Below are positions 22,537-33,570 of a DNA stretch of 64,000 nt, piece by piece. The notes under the pieces were generated by a model that saw only the letters and a program-made list of their open reading frames with translations, was not told where the DNA came from and made no database searches. Source of the DNA: an uncultured virus (IMG/VR IMGVR_UViG_3300037067_016575) (Duplodnaviria; Heunggongvirae; Uroviricota; Caudoviricetes). Both the position numbers and the translations under genes were made by a program. Position 1 is the first letter of the stretch, and each line of letters opens with the position of its first letter. Location: IMG/VR virus record IMGVR_UViG_3300037067_016575; one strand, given 5' to 3'.

Positions 22537-23280
22537 TCATCCTTTCGAGATCATTAACACTACATTTCGTTCACTTAATACGTCTGCGTTTCTATCAGGG
22601 ATTGTTATGATATCTCCTTTTGAGATCGCATATTCTTTACCATCGATCCCCATGAATGTATCAATATCGGTTAACGCCCTGACCAACGAGTATTTTTGTA
22701 CTTGTTGTTCCATAACAGATTTCTGTTCTGGTAGTGTTGCAGGCGTTCCTTCCCGTTTTGCATCGGGGGTTAAACTCTCTGCTTCTTCAACCCCGGGTGA
22801 TGTTCCTGCGGGTTCTGTTGGGGGGGGTTCGTCTACATCTCCGTCTGGTTGTGTTACGATCTCGGATTCCGGCTTGTGTGAAACCGATGTATTGAACGCT
22901 GCGGTTGGGCTGCATCCGATACAAGACCTTAAACATAACTCAATGTTTGCCGTAATAGATTCATACATCATCTTCTCGGCAGGAGTCATATTTTTTAGTT
23001 CGTTGTGGTCATTGATGTTGTTTATTCCGTGAGATGATGCTAATGATATAATTTTTCTTGCTCGTGTTTCGAAAATATCTTTTGAAGTCTCTCTTACAGA
23101 GAACACTTCGTTGAAAATATCACGGGCTTCGTCGCATAGCTGGTTATCGTATGATAATACGATCCTCATTATGCGATCTTCTTCTTCCTTCCCTTTTTCG
23201 TATAAATCCGGTGGGATCTGGGTAAGTTTTCCGTTGTTTCTTTCATCTAGCAGAATACTTCGCAGATCGTCCAGTTTCAT
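22537..23280 (-). CDS. archaeal GINS subunit (Gins51/Gins15-like), replication factor
   Basis: Helical A domain (ER..KL..IP.DLY, R.RKII.LA, MT.AEK.MY), disordered linker, beta B domain (FMGIDGKEY.I.KGDIITIP..NA.VL). Confidence 0.8.
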   Translation of the reverse strand: MKLDDLRSILLDERNNGKLTQIPPDLYEKGKEEEDRIMRIVLSYDNQLCDEARDIFNEVFSVRETSKDIFETRARKIISLASSHGINNINDHNELKNMTPAEKMMYESITANIELCLRSCIGCSPTAAFNTSVSHKPESEIVTQPDGDVDEPPPTEPAGTSPGVEEAESLTPDAKREGTPATLPEQKSVMEQQVQKYSLVRALTDIDTFMGIDGKEYAISKGDIITIPDRNADVLSERNVVLMISKG

Positions 23281-23292
23281 AATACACCCGAG

Positions 23293-23664
23293 TTAAAATT
23301 CTCCGATTTCCACACTTATGAGTTTATCTAATCTTTCTCGTAATACATAATATCTCTCGGTTAATTCCGGCTTTCCTTTGAAGCTTCCTAAACTTGATAT
23401 ATCACACTGCTGGATTGTGCAGAACCAACGATATTGCGGGGGGATTACACATTTACCTTCATTTGTTAAATAGGGTATGGTATTCCCGGTCTTTTTAAAT
23501 TTAATTCCTTTTGTTTTTGCGTAATCTTCAGCGATCTCACAATACGATGCAGAACAACAACTCCCGAGACATTTACAAGAATTCTGGCATTGTCCGTACG
23601 TTAACTCTGCCATCTCTTGCCAGAGGGTATTATTTTTGTCCTGCTGCTTTTCTTTCTTTGTCAT
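23293..23664 (-). CDS. Cys-rich (Fe-S/Zn) protein, YkgJ-like pattern
   Basis: CQNSCKCLGSCC..C and KCVI....R..C. Confidence 0.5.
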   Translation of the reverse strand: MTKKEKQQDKNNTLWQEMAELTYGQCQNSCKCLGSCCSASYCEIAEDYAKTKGIKFKKTGNTIPYLTNEGKCVIPPQYRWFCTIQQCDISSLGSFKGKPELTERYYVLRERLDKLISVEIGEF

Positions 23665-24239
23665 ATTTTCGTTTCCTCTGCAACTCTACTGAATCTTCTC
23701 CACGCACCCACAAAAACCGTTCTGCAAATTTTTTATAACAAATTTCAGATACGATATCGGATATCGGTAAACCCCCTTTGAGAACGAGTTCCACTTCCCG
23801 ATTATTTTTTATTTGATCTTCGAGGAGATCGAGAACCCAATTCTCTAATTCGTCGAGTTGTTCTTTATAAGATTTATCTGTCATTTGATTCCCTCCTGAT
23901 TTTCATATATCTATATGTAATACTCGAAAACTTCTTTGGGGACTTGCCCCGCATCTCAACGGATTTTTGGTTTCTCGCCGGAGATTGTTTTTCAGTTGCA
24001 GTCGTTCTATTGGTAGATGGTTTCTGCATATGCATTAATCAAAAGAATCTCTGGGAATTTGTCTCCAGCGGCCCTGTTTGGGGAGTGGGTGTTGTATATG
24101 TAACTTCGAAATTCACAGTCTCGCTCATATCTCTCGCTCATATCGAATGCTTTCGTTTCAGGAACAATGAACCTAAAAAAAGTTAGTCTCTTTGGATACA
24201 GCCATAATATGGATCTTTGAGGGTCATCTCCATATCTAT

Positions 24240-25121
24240 TTACAGTCGGATTATCCGGTCTTTGTAAAGATTATATGCAGAACCGGGATTACGGCAGTTG
24301 TGTTTCTGGCATTGCTCTTTGACATGTCTTCCGATAACGGGCATGGCGATAACTTCGTCTTTAAACTTTTCTTCTCCGAGTTCAAAGAGGGCTTTTTCAA
24401 TTGCACCCGTAATTTCTGATTCCGGAAGTTCGGGTAACTGGTCTTTCGGATCTTTCGGTGAACGTATCTTCGGAAGGACTGTTTTTTCTTTGACCATATT
24501 AACGAATGTGCCGTTCTCGTTTGATATCCAGATTTTTCCGACAACCCCTTCGTATTTGTATTCTTTGCATCTGGCGATTAGTAAATCTCTCGTAGCCAAA
24601 ATCTCTTCAAGACTGGTGGCTGTTTGAACCATCATGAGTTCGGCACAAGGGATTTCATAATTAATACAATATTCCTGTAATACGCCATAAGTAACAAAGG
24701 GCGGGGTCGTGTTTTCATCTGATAGATAAAGGTCGAATGCCACAAACTGGTTTTCGTCCCTGATCTCAATTAATTTTGGGGATTTGCCTTTACGGATAAA
24801 CTCCCCGAAAAGAACGGCACGAACACCGGGGATCTGCTCGTGGAATCGTAAGAGTCTTTTAATATTTGCTGCACAGGGAAGTGCAAGGAATTTCTGCCGT
24901 TCGGATTCCTCGATCTTGTTCATTTCACGAGTCCGAACCTGCAACTCTCCTTCGTCGTCCAGATAACAACCTACGTTCTCTCCATCATACTTTCTTTGCC
25001 AGTATATCGGAGTACCGAATAATTTATCATTAATAGTTAAACCTTCGGTTTTATCCATATGATAATCGGCAATACATCCGAAACTGTGATATTTGATTTC
25101 ACTTATTGGAGTTTTTGTCAT
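24240..25121 (-). CDS. ATP-dependent RNA ligase-like nucleotidyltransferase
   Basis: Motif I KYDGEN, III LFGEF, IIIa FVAFDL, IV EGVVGK, V VKEK. Confidence 0.75.
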   Translation of the reverse strand: MTKTPISEIKYHSFGCIADYHMDKTEGLTINDKLFGTPIYWQRKYDGENVGCYLDDEGELQVRTREMNKIEESERQKFLALPCAANIKRLLRFHEQIPGVRAVLFGEFIRKGKSPKLIEIRDENQFVAFDLYLSDENTTPPFVTYGVLQEYCINYEIPCAELMMVQTATSLEEILATRDLLIARCKEYKYEGVVGKIWISNENGTFVNMVKEKTVLPKIRSPKDPKDQLPELPESEITGAIEKALFELGEEKFKDEVIAMPVIGRHVKEQCQKHNCRNPGSAYNLYKDRIIRL

Positions 25122-25546
25122 GTTTTTTCACCATTGTGTTATTTGATTTTAAATATTTCATGGCTTTGGGGTGATAGAGGCAACCACACCTCATTGTGAT
25201 CCTTTCAATTTGACCGGGTGTGTAATCATAACCGTTGAATGGACAGTCTGATGCAAATGGCATATATCCCCCATTTTTGTCACACGTTTCACAATTACAC
25301 GGATTTTGTTTTATCTCCACCATCTAAATCATCCCTCGGTGCATTTGTTGAATTCTGTTATCATAATGCTTTTTTGATTTTTTAAGATCTGGTCAATACT
25401 TTCGCATATTTTATCGATATCTCCTGCGTTTTCCGATAGGTGTGTTTTGAGTTCGTCCTGCATTTCCATAACGTTATTTAATACCATGAGGGCTGAATTC
25501 TTTGCCACAAGATCCATTAATTCCTGTTTTGTTGGTTTTTTTGAAA

Positions 25547-25951
25547 TTACCATGTTTTTTCACCTACTTGCACTTCGGTATACGAAATTACCGAACGATA
25601 CCAGTTCAACCACGGGACGTTGAACCCATACACTTTGAACTCATATGTTTTCCCCATTTCTACATGAGAGAACGCCGTTTGTGACCCCCATACCCATAGA
25701 ACAAGGTTGTCATTAAACTGTACGATTTCCCCATTTGTATACAGGACATTATGGAGGGTTGTTGAACATGATGTGTGACCGTCGCTATCGGAACTGCATG
25801 ATGTCGTGGTATACGTATCTGTTTTAATGACTTTTAACGTTACAGTGTCTTGTGTGGCAAACGGTATGCATATGCACAACACACAGAATATTACGAATAA
25901 TATAAGGACGATAACCGCTACAATCCCTCCGAGATCTCCATTGTCATTCAT
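25547..25951 (-). CDS. membrane-anchored OB-fold-like phage protein
   Basis: N-terminal TM; GKTYEFKVYG..WYRSVI. Confidence 0.55.
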   Translation of the reverse strand: MNDNGDLGGIVAVIVLILFVIFCVLCICIPFATQDTVTLKVIKTDTYTTTSCSSDSDGHTSCSTTLHNVLYTNGEIVQFNDNLVLWVWGSQTAFSHVEMGKTYEFKVYGFNVPWLNWYRSVISYTEVQVGEKTW

Positions 25952-26553
25952 TGGTATTTCACTCCCTTTTTCTTTTTTCTTATTTTCTTTGGTTCGTCGT
26001 CGTGTGGCATTACAATATCGAGATCCGATAATCTCGGTTTTGTGATAGTGCGCTCTATGGGTTTCGGTTTGATATAAAGGTCTTTGTTGATTTCTTTTAA
26101 GAGTTCTTTTGCTAAAGGTGTATTACCAGAATCCACCTCTTGAGACCAATTATATGACGTTTCTTGATCAATTGAGTTACTTAAGAAGTTAATGCAATCA
26201 TCTAATGTTTTGAAGATATATGCGTCACACACTAATTGTTTACACATACTTTTAACATCGTCATCGCTCGCGTCTTCCCACGCATCGCATCCAGAACACG
26301 ACCCGTAAGAGTCATTGTAGATTACAACTTCTCCGGTATCGTTGAGTTCAACGCATGTAGCTACCATGCCCTGATAATCGCCTTCGTTGTAATGACCGAG
26401 AACAGTAATGTTTGTTAACAATCCTTGCATTTGGTTGTCATGACCACCAGCACAACGATCCATTGTCATTATCTCGTTCCAATTAATACGAGATATGAGT
26501 TTGTCGGATTGATAATATTTCTTTGCCGGATTTTCTGTCATGATGCCTTCCAA
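25948..26553 (-). CDS. hypothetical protein (YGSCSGCD motif) with degenerate tag (PRLSDLDIV)
   Basis: ORF track. Confidence 0.7.
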   Translation of the reverse strand: MEGIMTENPAKKYYQSDKLISRINWNEIMTMDRCAGGHDNQMQGLLTNITVLGHYNEGDYQGMVATCVELNDTGEVVIYNDSYGSCSGCDAWEDASDDDVKSMCKQLVCDAYIFKTLDDCINFLSNSIDQETSYNWSQEVDSGNTPLAKELLKEINKDLYIKPKPIERTITKPRLSDLDIVMPHDDEPKKIRKKKKGVKYQ

Positions 26554-26558
26554 GGCTG

Positions 26559-26906
26559 TTACAAGTTATTTTTCTTTGGAATTACCACGTCAAACATTGC
26601 ATCGAACAGGTCTTCCCCTAACCGGGTTGCCTGAACAAACACTTGATCGTGGTTAATTACTTGCTTAATATCCCGTGCGTGTTTGGATACCAAGCCACTG
26701 TTTCCCAGATCTTTTAGGATGGTTACAACTTCGTCTTTTGTCGCGGTTAAGTCGTTGGCAATTTGCGGGATCGTTATCTCTCTCCCTTCATTCTCTAAAA
26801 GGTAAACATACACCGCCCAATGGTCATCTGATTTTAACCCTTTTATCATCTCACGCATCGCATCCGGCGTGATTTTTAAAAGTTCGGTGACTTTCTGATT
26901 ATCCAT
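26559..26906 (-). CDS. winged-helix DNA-binding protein
   Basis: ITIPQIANDL....EV..ILKDL..SGLV plus wing. Confidence 0.65.
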   Translation of the reverse strand: MDNQKVTELLKITPDAMREMIKGLKSDDHWAVYVYLLENEGREITIPQIANDLTATKDEVVTILKDLGNSGLVSKHARDIKQVINHDQVFVQATRLGEDLFDAMFDVVIPKKNNL

Positions 26907-28131
26907 ATTATATCACTCCATTTGATTCAAGGATAAAAAGGAAAAATATAAACATTAAGCCAAAAATCCAGATTAATTCCAAAATTACCGAAAATTCTAT
27001 CTTTTTTACGAGGTTAAGTGGTTTCGCGGGATTGGTATATTCTGATGAGATTACATTATTTGGTTTTGGCATAAATATCACATTAATTTAGTTTCGTTTA
27101 TTAACTTTAATTCGTCATCTTTGGCAGCGGAGATCATTTTATTGACCAGATCCTCTATACTATCTGCATATACGCGCCGGTATGTGATGCATATTTGGTT
27201 ATCTGTTGTACTTAATCCCGGGTAATATGTCCCTTCCCACATATTACCATCTTCTTTGCCCCACGTTTCAGATAATTTAATTTCGATATTTGCATTCAGA
27301 CGGAGTTTCTTTGTAAGGGTTGGATCGTGTTTAAACAAGAGGTTCGAAATTCGTTTTAATTCAGTAGTTAATTCAATAAGATTTTCATCGATTGTCTGGT
27401 GTATCATGGTAAATCACTCCCAAAATAGTGCATATGACGGGATTACAGCAATTACCACATGGTGGTCTGGGAGTGATTTTTGCGAGATTTCTGCTTCTTG
27501 TTCAGCTTGAGATTTGCTTGGTGTTGTTATATGGCAGCGAAGAATTCGCCCGTGGTAATTTATCGGATTGTCTCTCTGAAAACTTTCAGTAAGGTGTATT
27601 TTTGGGATACTAAGTGCTGTTACCCTCTCTTCGAGCACGCCACTCTCTGAAACCGCCTTTATTTTTACATGGCACTCTGCCACAATCATATCGCGAGTCG
27701 CTTCTGAGATAATGCCTAAATCCACACATGCTTCAAGATAACCGCAAGACTCCATAAGGGTTTCTGTCAATATATTACGACTCCCCTGTTCCAATATAAT
27801 TGGATATTCTATTGGGGTGTCATACGAACCCAAAACTTTTGCACGAATAAGTTTAATTACAACAGGATCGTCTATCATGCTACCAACCCGAAGAGTTTGT
27901 CTTCAAACACTGCTTTTTTTATGTTCTGAGTTACCGGATCATTTATTGTGTTATAAATCTGCCATTTACTACAATAAATATACTCCTTCTTTTCGAATCC
28001 GCTAATATTACGGTTCCATATCTTAACACATATCCCATTGGTCTTTGAGATCGGGTCGTGTGTTTCTATAATATGGTAAACGGTATCCTCATTTATCTCC
28101 AATAACACCGTCCGTTCTACACTTAAGACTC

Positions 28132-28473
28132 TCATAAGTTCACCTGTTTTTTCTTCTTTTTGGTTTCGGATTCCATTACTATATCAATTACCGCAAACCG
28201 GTTCTCCGGTTTTGTAGGTAGGTCGGGTTTTTCATCCGGTATATCTACCGTCCCAATTCCAACCCGGGATAAAAACTCTTCGTCTGATAATATTTCGATG
28301 TAAACAAAGCCTAATGCTTTAACTTTCGAATTATATTCTATCAGGTCTCGTTTATCGGATAGGGTGATTGTATTATTTGGTTTGTCTAAAATAACCTGTC
28401 CTTTTTTCATGGTCTCATTTATTATAGTCCCGAGTATTCTTTTCATATCACTTATTTTAATATATTTCGCCAT
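28132..28473 (-). CDS. hypothetical protein with RF tag (NRFAVIDIV)
   Basis: Start at MAKYI after GGTG SD. Confidence 0.7.
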   Translation of the reverse strand: MAKYIKISDMKRILGTIINETMKKGQVILDKPNNTITLSDKRDLIEYNSKVKALGFVYIEILSDEEFLSRVGIGTVDIPDEKPDLPTKPENRFAVIDIVMESETKKKKKQVNL

Positions 28474-28519
28474 GAAAACACCTTCTTTAATTTTAATTAA
28501 TAACAGTGTTATTAAGTAA

Positions 28520-28849
28520 TTAAGGATCAATTAAATCGATTTCTGCGAACCGGTTTTTCTTTTCAACTGGTTTTGTTTGTGAATTGTTTGTTGAAATGAT
28601 GAGTTTTGTTTTTGGATTTAACCTTTTGCCGGTATTACCTTTCTCTTTGCCGATGATTGCGTTTTTTATTTCACATACTGCATCAATAGCTCCTTGTAAT
28701 TCGTGAAGTTCTTCAGCATCTTCTTCAGATATATCAGATAAATCGTCATCTGACCCATTAACTAATTCATTAATTTGTAAAGTAAGATATTTCTCGTTTT
28801 TGTTAAGGTAGTCGAGTAATTGATCTACTGATATATGTTTTTCGACCAT
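28520..28849 (-). CDS. hypothetical protein with RF tag (NRFAEIDLIDP*)
   Basis: ORF track; tag. Confidence 0.75.
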   Translation of the reverse strand: MVEKHISVDQLLDYLNKNEKYLTLQINELVNGSDDDLSDISEEDAEELHELQGAIDAVCEIKNAIIGKEKGNTGKRLNPKTKLIISTNNSQTKPVEKKNRFAEIDLIDP

Positions 28850-28864
28850 TATATTACACCTTAA

Positions 28865-29179
28865 TTATTCATTTTCATTGACAATTTCAACGTCTGCAAA
28901 CCGATTTTTCTGTTGTTGCCCGTTGTGCAAATCCGTATCAAAAAATTCAAGGGATAATCTGTCGCTCCAAATTAGGATGTCTGTTGTTGTATATGTATTA
29001 CCGGAATGTAAGATCCCAAGAAGGTCGTCAATAACTTTTACAGCACTTTCAGCTTCTTGCACGTCATCCGTTGTTGTCGTTTTAGGATCGTAATAATGAT
29101 CTCCTCTACGATATCCCAATTCTTTTTTGTTCTCTTCAAGAAGTTTGATCAGGCTGTCCACCTGTAGATATTTCGTCAT
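28865..29179 (-). CDS. hypothetical protein with RF tag (NRFADVEIV)
   Basis: Start at MTKYL; N-terminus resembles the two adjacent genes. Confidence 0.7.
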   Translation of the reverse strand: MTKYLQVDSLIKLLEENKKELGYRRGDHYYDPKTTTTDDVQEAESAVKVIDDLLGILHSGNTYTTTDILIWSDRLSLEFFDTDLHNGQQQKNRFADVEIVNENE

Positions 29180-29654
29180 TGTTCTCATCCCTTTGAACGA
29201 TTTCGATGTGTTCAAACCGATTAAATTTCTTTACAGGTTTTCGCTCCGTCGTCGGTTTTGGTGGGTCATCGGTTGACGGTTCATCGCCCATCTGGATAAA
29301 AGACTGAGATAACTGATATAACAGTTCATCCACAGCTTCCATTGCTATCCTTTCTGGTTCTCCTTGAGGGTTTGCTCCGGGATAAATTTCCCAATACGGG
29401 CGATTCCACGCCCCAATAAGTCCGTAACAGTCGAGGTATACGGAGATTGTATGTTCTCCTTTTTTTACTACGAACCTCACTACTGCACAACCGAACGGAG
29501 GGATGGGTTGGATTTCCCATCCTGCCGGGATAGGGATATATGGGATCTGCCCCATCCACTTTTCGGATTCAAAAGCAACGTCGTGCTCTGCGGAAGCACG
29601 CGCTCGTTTTAGGAACATGTCCGTTCGTTCCCTTAATTCATCCCTTACTGACAC
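29136..29654 (-). CDS. hypothetical protein with RF tag (NRFEHIEIV)
   Basis: ORF track; tag. Confidence 0.75.
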   Translation of the reverse strand: MSVRDELRERTDMFLKRARASAEHDVAFESEKWMGQIPYIPIPAGWEIQPIPPFGCAVVRFVVKKGEHTISVYLDCYGLIGAWNRPYWEIYPGANPQGEPERIAMEAVDELLYQLSQSFIQMGDEPSTDDPPKPTTERKPVKKFNRFEHIEIVQRDENNDEISTGGQPDQTS

Positions 29655-29677
29655 GATATCCCTCTTTGCTTTTTTTA

Positions 29678-30230
29678 CAATGTAGGCTGGGAATTGAACC
29701 CATCACGGCATAACGGCAATTACGCCTACCCATTCACCCTCTTGGCCTAGAGGGTTACAACATTGGGTGTTCACCATAGAACAACCATGACCGTTTGATA
29801 GATATTGTTAGAGTCAAACCCCTACAATATCATTAGGTCATTTTGTTACGTACTACATAACATCTATATGCGCTATTATGACGTAACACATAATATTCAA
29901 CGCTTTTTTAAATCCTAAACATACATACTATGACGATAATCTTACATAACAACTACACGCCTGTTCTTCACGATACAACCGGTGCAGGAGATCAATCCTG
30001 CGACACTGTAACTTCGGGATTTATCAAACCTCTGCCTCTAATATGGCATCATACGGTTGACCCGCGTTATTTACTTTTGTTTTCTTAGGTTAGCGATTAC
30101 TCGCCCGTGTAGCGACACTACAGGTGGCAACGTTTCGAAATACCGTTTTAATGGCTCTAATAGTCTGCCAGCCCCGTCATTGTGTTTTCTTCCGGAGAGG
30201 GATATTATTCCCCGTCCATCATAGATGAAT
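29678..30230 (-). ncRNA. candidate large structured ncRNA (~550 nt) ending in a tRNA-like T-arm/acceptor module
   Basis: Longest ORF-free stretch; many hairpins, a GNRA loop, and a 3' TGGG-TTCAATT-CCCA arm. Confidence 0.5.
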
Positions 30231-31012
30231 TTTTTACTTTTTTACATCATTATTTTTCGAATCTCAATATCCTCTGGGGTGAGATCGTATCTATAATAGA
30301 GATACGCGATCATTTCAAAGGTTTCCATTTCAGTTAATGAAGGGGTAAGTGGCGGATCGCCCTTATCAGCATGTCTATGATAAATGACAAAATCCCGCAT
30401 ATTTTCACTCTACCAGTTTAACCAACTTTTTATCGTTTCTTCTACGTACACCATTCGGATGTTTTCGTTTCAGGATCTTTACAAGTTGGAAATCACGACC
30501 CCCACAGCAGACATATTCAAAAGAATAACGATACTTCTCTGTATCGTATTCAAAACTGATCTCCATTCCGACGTTATTAGAACAATCATGCCCCGTGGGA
30601 TCTTCAAACTCCTCAATGAGTTTTCCGATTTTTAATAATAGTTCGTTACGTCGGGCTTTTTCTTTTATACCTAATTCAGATAAAAAATCTGTTTCCTCCA
30701 TAAAGAGACTTCCAAATCGGTTTTTATCCGGAACGATTTTTTTGCTATCTGAATTGAGGTTTATTTTACTGCAATCTTTGTTCTGGCACACTAAAATATC
30801 TTCCCACCCCGATGAAGTATAACGGGTCGCACCAAGGCAACGCCCTCCGCATGAGGGGCATCTTCGATCCGTATCCCGAAGTGTGCAACAAACGCTCGTT
30901 CCAGCCCCGGGAAGTAACTTCACAAAATTACACCGTGAACAGACGGAATACATTTCGTGGGTAAGTTTTTGGGGGCATCCAAGTTGTTGGATCAAGGTTA
31001 AGGCACCCATAA

Positions 31013-31654
31013 TTAATCATCTTCGTATTCAAAACTTTTCTTGTCGATTTCGCTTGTCCACCCGTTTTTCTTTAACCATCCTGAAACTGTTTTGAGTGGT
31101 GGGGTTGACGTGCATTGGTCATCGACATTAAACAAATCTTCCTTAAGATGGATATGATATAAAAAGTTCTCACCGTTTTTAAGGTCTTCTTTGATTTTAT
31201 CCTCAAATTGATCCGTTGGGAGATCTTTGAGATTGAAGTCCTCAATTTTTTTAATTAATCCCTGATTAATGAGTTCTATCGTTCCATTAATCTGGATCAT
31301 CATAACCGAATCGTTGTGTGTTGACCGGTTAAATACAATGCACGGGTCTTCTGCCAGAATTGATGACTTTCCGAACGTAAAATAATCCGAATAACATAGA
31401 ACACTGCGATTGATAAAATCCATGAGAACTACACCATATCCACTATTTGTGATTGTATGAAGTAGTTTTGACTGCGGCCATTCGTTTCCTTCTTTGGCTT
31501 CATTAATAAATTTATAGAATTCTTTCCCTTGATTTAAAAAAGAGGGTTGCATACATCGCCACGGCATATCATTTGTCCAGCGATTTATAAGGACTTCTTT
31601 TACGTCGCCACGTTCATCTTTAAACCTGATCCCTACGAAGATATCTCCACCCAT
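31013..31654 (-). CDS. paralog family A member 1
   Basis: MGGDIFVGIRFKD..RWTNDMPW..MQP.FL.QGKE. Confidence 0.8.
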   Translation of the reverse strand: MGGDIFVGIRFKDERGDVKEVLINRWTNDMPWRCMQPSFLNQGKEFYKFINEAKEGNEWPQSKLLHTITNSGYGVVLMDFINRSVLCYSDYFTFGKSSILAEDPCIVFNRSTHNDSVMMIQINGTIELINQGLIKKIEDFNLKDLPTDQFEDKIKEDLKNGENFLYHIHLKEDLFNVDDQCTSTPPLKTVSGWLKKNGWTSEIDKKSFEYEDD

Positions 31655-31656
31655 GA

Positions 31657-32283
31657 TTAATCATCTCTGAAACTTACCTTGTCGATCTTGCTTTTCCACC
31701 CGTTTTTCTTTAACCACGCATGTGTTTCTTTTATTGTTGGTGTTTGTTCCCCTCTGGGGGCATCAATATTGAATATTCCGTCTGAGAGTATAATATCATA
31801 TAAAAATGGGTTTTTATTTTGGATTTGATCGTTAACATCATCTACGAAATCAATAGGTAAGATATTGAGTCGGCACCAACCCTCAGCATACCGGGATATA
31901 TCCCTTTCAATTGATTGAACCCATCCTTTTTTGACAAGATCCGCTGTACTTTCTAATATTTCCTGCGCTGCTGAACTAACTGATGTAACACTAAGGTGAC
32001 CCGGAGTAAAATAGTGGTTTCTTGAGAAGATTTCGTGATTTATAAAATCAATCAAGACAATTCCATACTCGCTTCTATCGATCTTGTCAATTAGTTTTGA
32101 CTGCGGCCATTCGTTTCCGGGTTTGGCTTCGGCGATAAACTTTTTAAATTCCTTGCCCTGATCCAAGAAGGTTGGTTGCATTAATCGCCACGGCATATCA
32201 TTTGTCCATCTATCCATGAGGACTTCTTTTATTTCTCCCTTCTTGTCTTTGTATCTGACACCCACAAAAATATTTCCGCCCAT
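31657..32283 (-). CDS. paralog family A member 2
   Basis: MGGNIFVGVRYKD..RWTNDMPW; start trimmed to match paralogs. Confidence 0.8.
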   Translation of the reverse strand: MGGNIFVGVRYKDKKGEIKEVLMDRWTNDMPWRLMQPTFLDQGKEFKKFIAEAKPGNEWPQSKLIDKIDRSEYGIVLIDFINHEIFSRNHYFTPGHLSVTSVSSAAQEILESTADLVKKGWVQSIERDISRYAEGWCRLNILPIDFVDDVNDQIQNKNPFLYDIILSDGIFNIDAPRGEQTPTIKETHAWLKKNGWKSKIDKVSFRDD

Positions 32284-33276
32284 GATTACACCAACGGATC
32301 GAAAGTCAGTTTCCTTAACACCCGGTCTTTCGGAACAATTTTTCCGGGGAACGGGTTGAATTCGCAAGTCTCACAGCAGAAACTAGTCTGATCCGGGTTT
32401 TTGCACTCTGCCAGACAGGTTGCTACTTGTCCATCCTTATCATCGATAAAACATACTAACCTTGACATGATATCACTCCTTATTTTTGAACTTGGTACAA
32501 TTCGTGTGCCGCATTTATCGCAGTCGTAGTTCCTTCCTTGAATGCCAGATAAAACGCATCTGGTTTCTCTTCTGCGCATTTTAAACAAATTGGTTTCGTG
32601 CACGCGGGATGCCGTAAAACCAGATAATCGTTGACCCTTGCTTTACCTGTAATAGATAAGTCGGTGTGACAGATACGACAGTAATGTTCCGGTGTCTCGC
32701 GGTTAATAATTGCATCGTGAGAGCACAGAGAGATGTTGATATCATCCGTTTTTCCGATATGTAAACGGAAGAACGTATCCCAAAATAATGGATCTTGAAT
32801 TGGCGCTCCGTCCTTACAAGCACGTACATAATGAGAAAACTCTTCCGGCGTAAAGTTTACGCCGTCTTCTGTAGTGCATTCATCAAATAGATATTTGTGA
32901 TATTTCTCTTTAAGACTCGGAACTTTTGTTTTTATTGTCATATTACAACCTACCTCTCTCTGAATTCTTTTCAATCGGTCTGACCCAATTAAAAGATTTA
33001 CACTTCCAAACAACCACGGTTTGCAGTTGGCCTGCTGGGGGGTTTCTTGTAATCCGATGATGCATATGCAATGTTGAAACCGTGTTTTGTTCCTATAAAC
33101 CGATCCGTTTTGACTTGATCTATGTGTAGGATTCGAATTCCTTTATATACACCAAAAAGAGTGACATAAAATTTTTAATAAATTATTATGAATTTTTAAT
33201 GATTCTGCATATGCAACTCTGGGATTCCCAGTTGTGCTTGCAATGGGCACAATGGGCAGCACATATGTTCTGCTGA

Positions 33277-33570
33277 TCACTGATACGAGAAAGTATCCGT
33301 TGTGATCTGCCCGTGGATCATATCGCAGAACGGGCATCTCGTGCCGTCACGGGGAAGAGGGTTTTCACTTTCGAAGTCCCTGTGACAACGCCAGCACGTA
33401 TATTTGATCTTCTTTTTGTTTACCCCTTCTCCGCCGCGAAACTGGCCGCGTTGCGGGTTCCCGCCAGTCTGCTGCCGATTGCCCCCGCCGCGATAGTTTC
33501 TGCGGTCGCGGTGCTGTCTTTGATCTCCTGTCCTCTCATTACTTTGGATCTGGTTTGATTTGTTTTCCAT
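33277..33570 (-). CDS. RG-rich Zn-ribbon protein
   Basis: RGG-rich N-terminus, CWRC..CPFC. Confidence 0.6.
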   Translation of the reverse strand: MENKSNQIQSNERTGDQRQHRDRRNYRGGGNRQQTGGNPQRGQFRGGEGVNKKKIKYTCWRCHRDFESENPLPRDGTRCPFCDMIHGQITTDTFSYQ

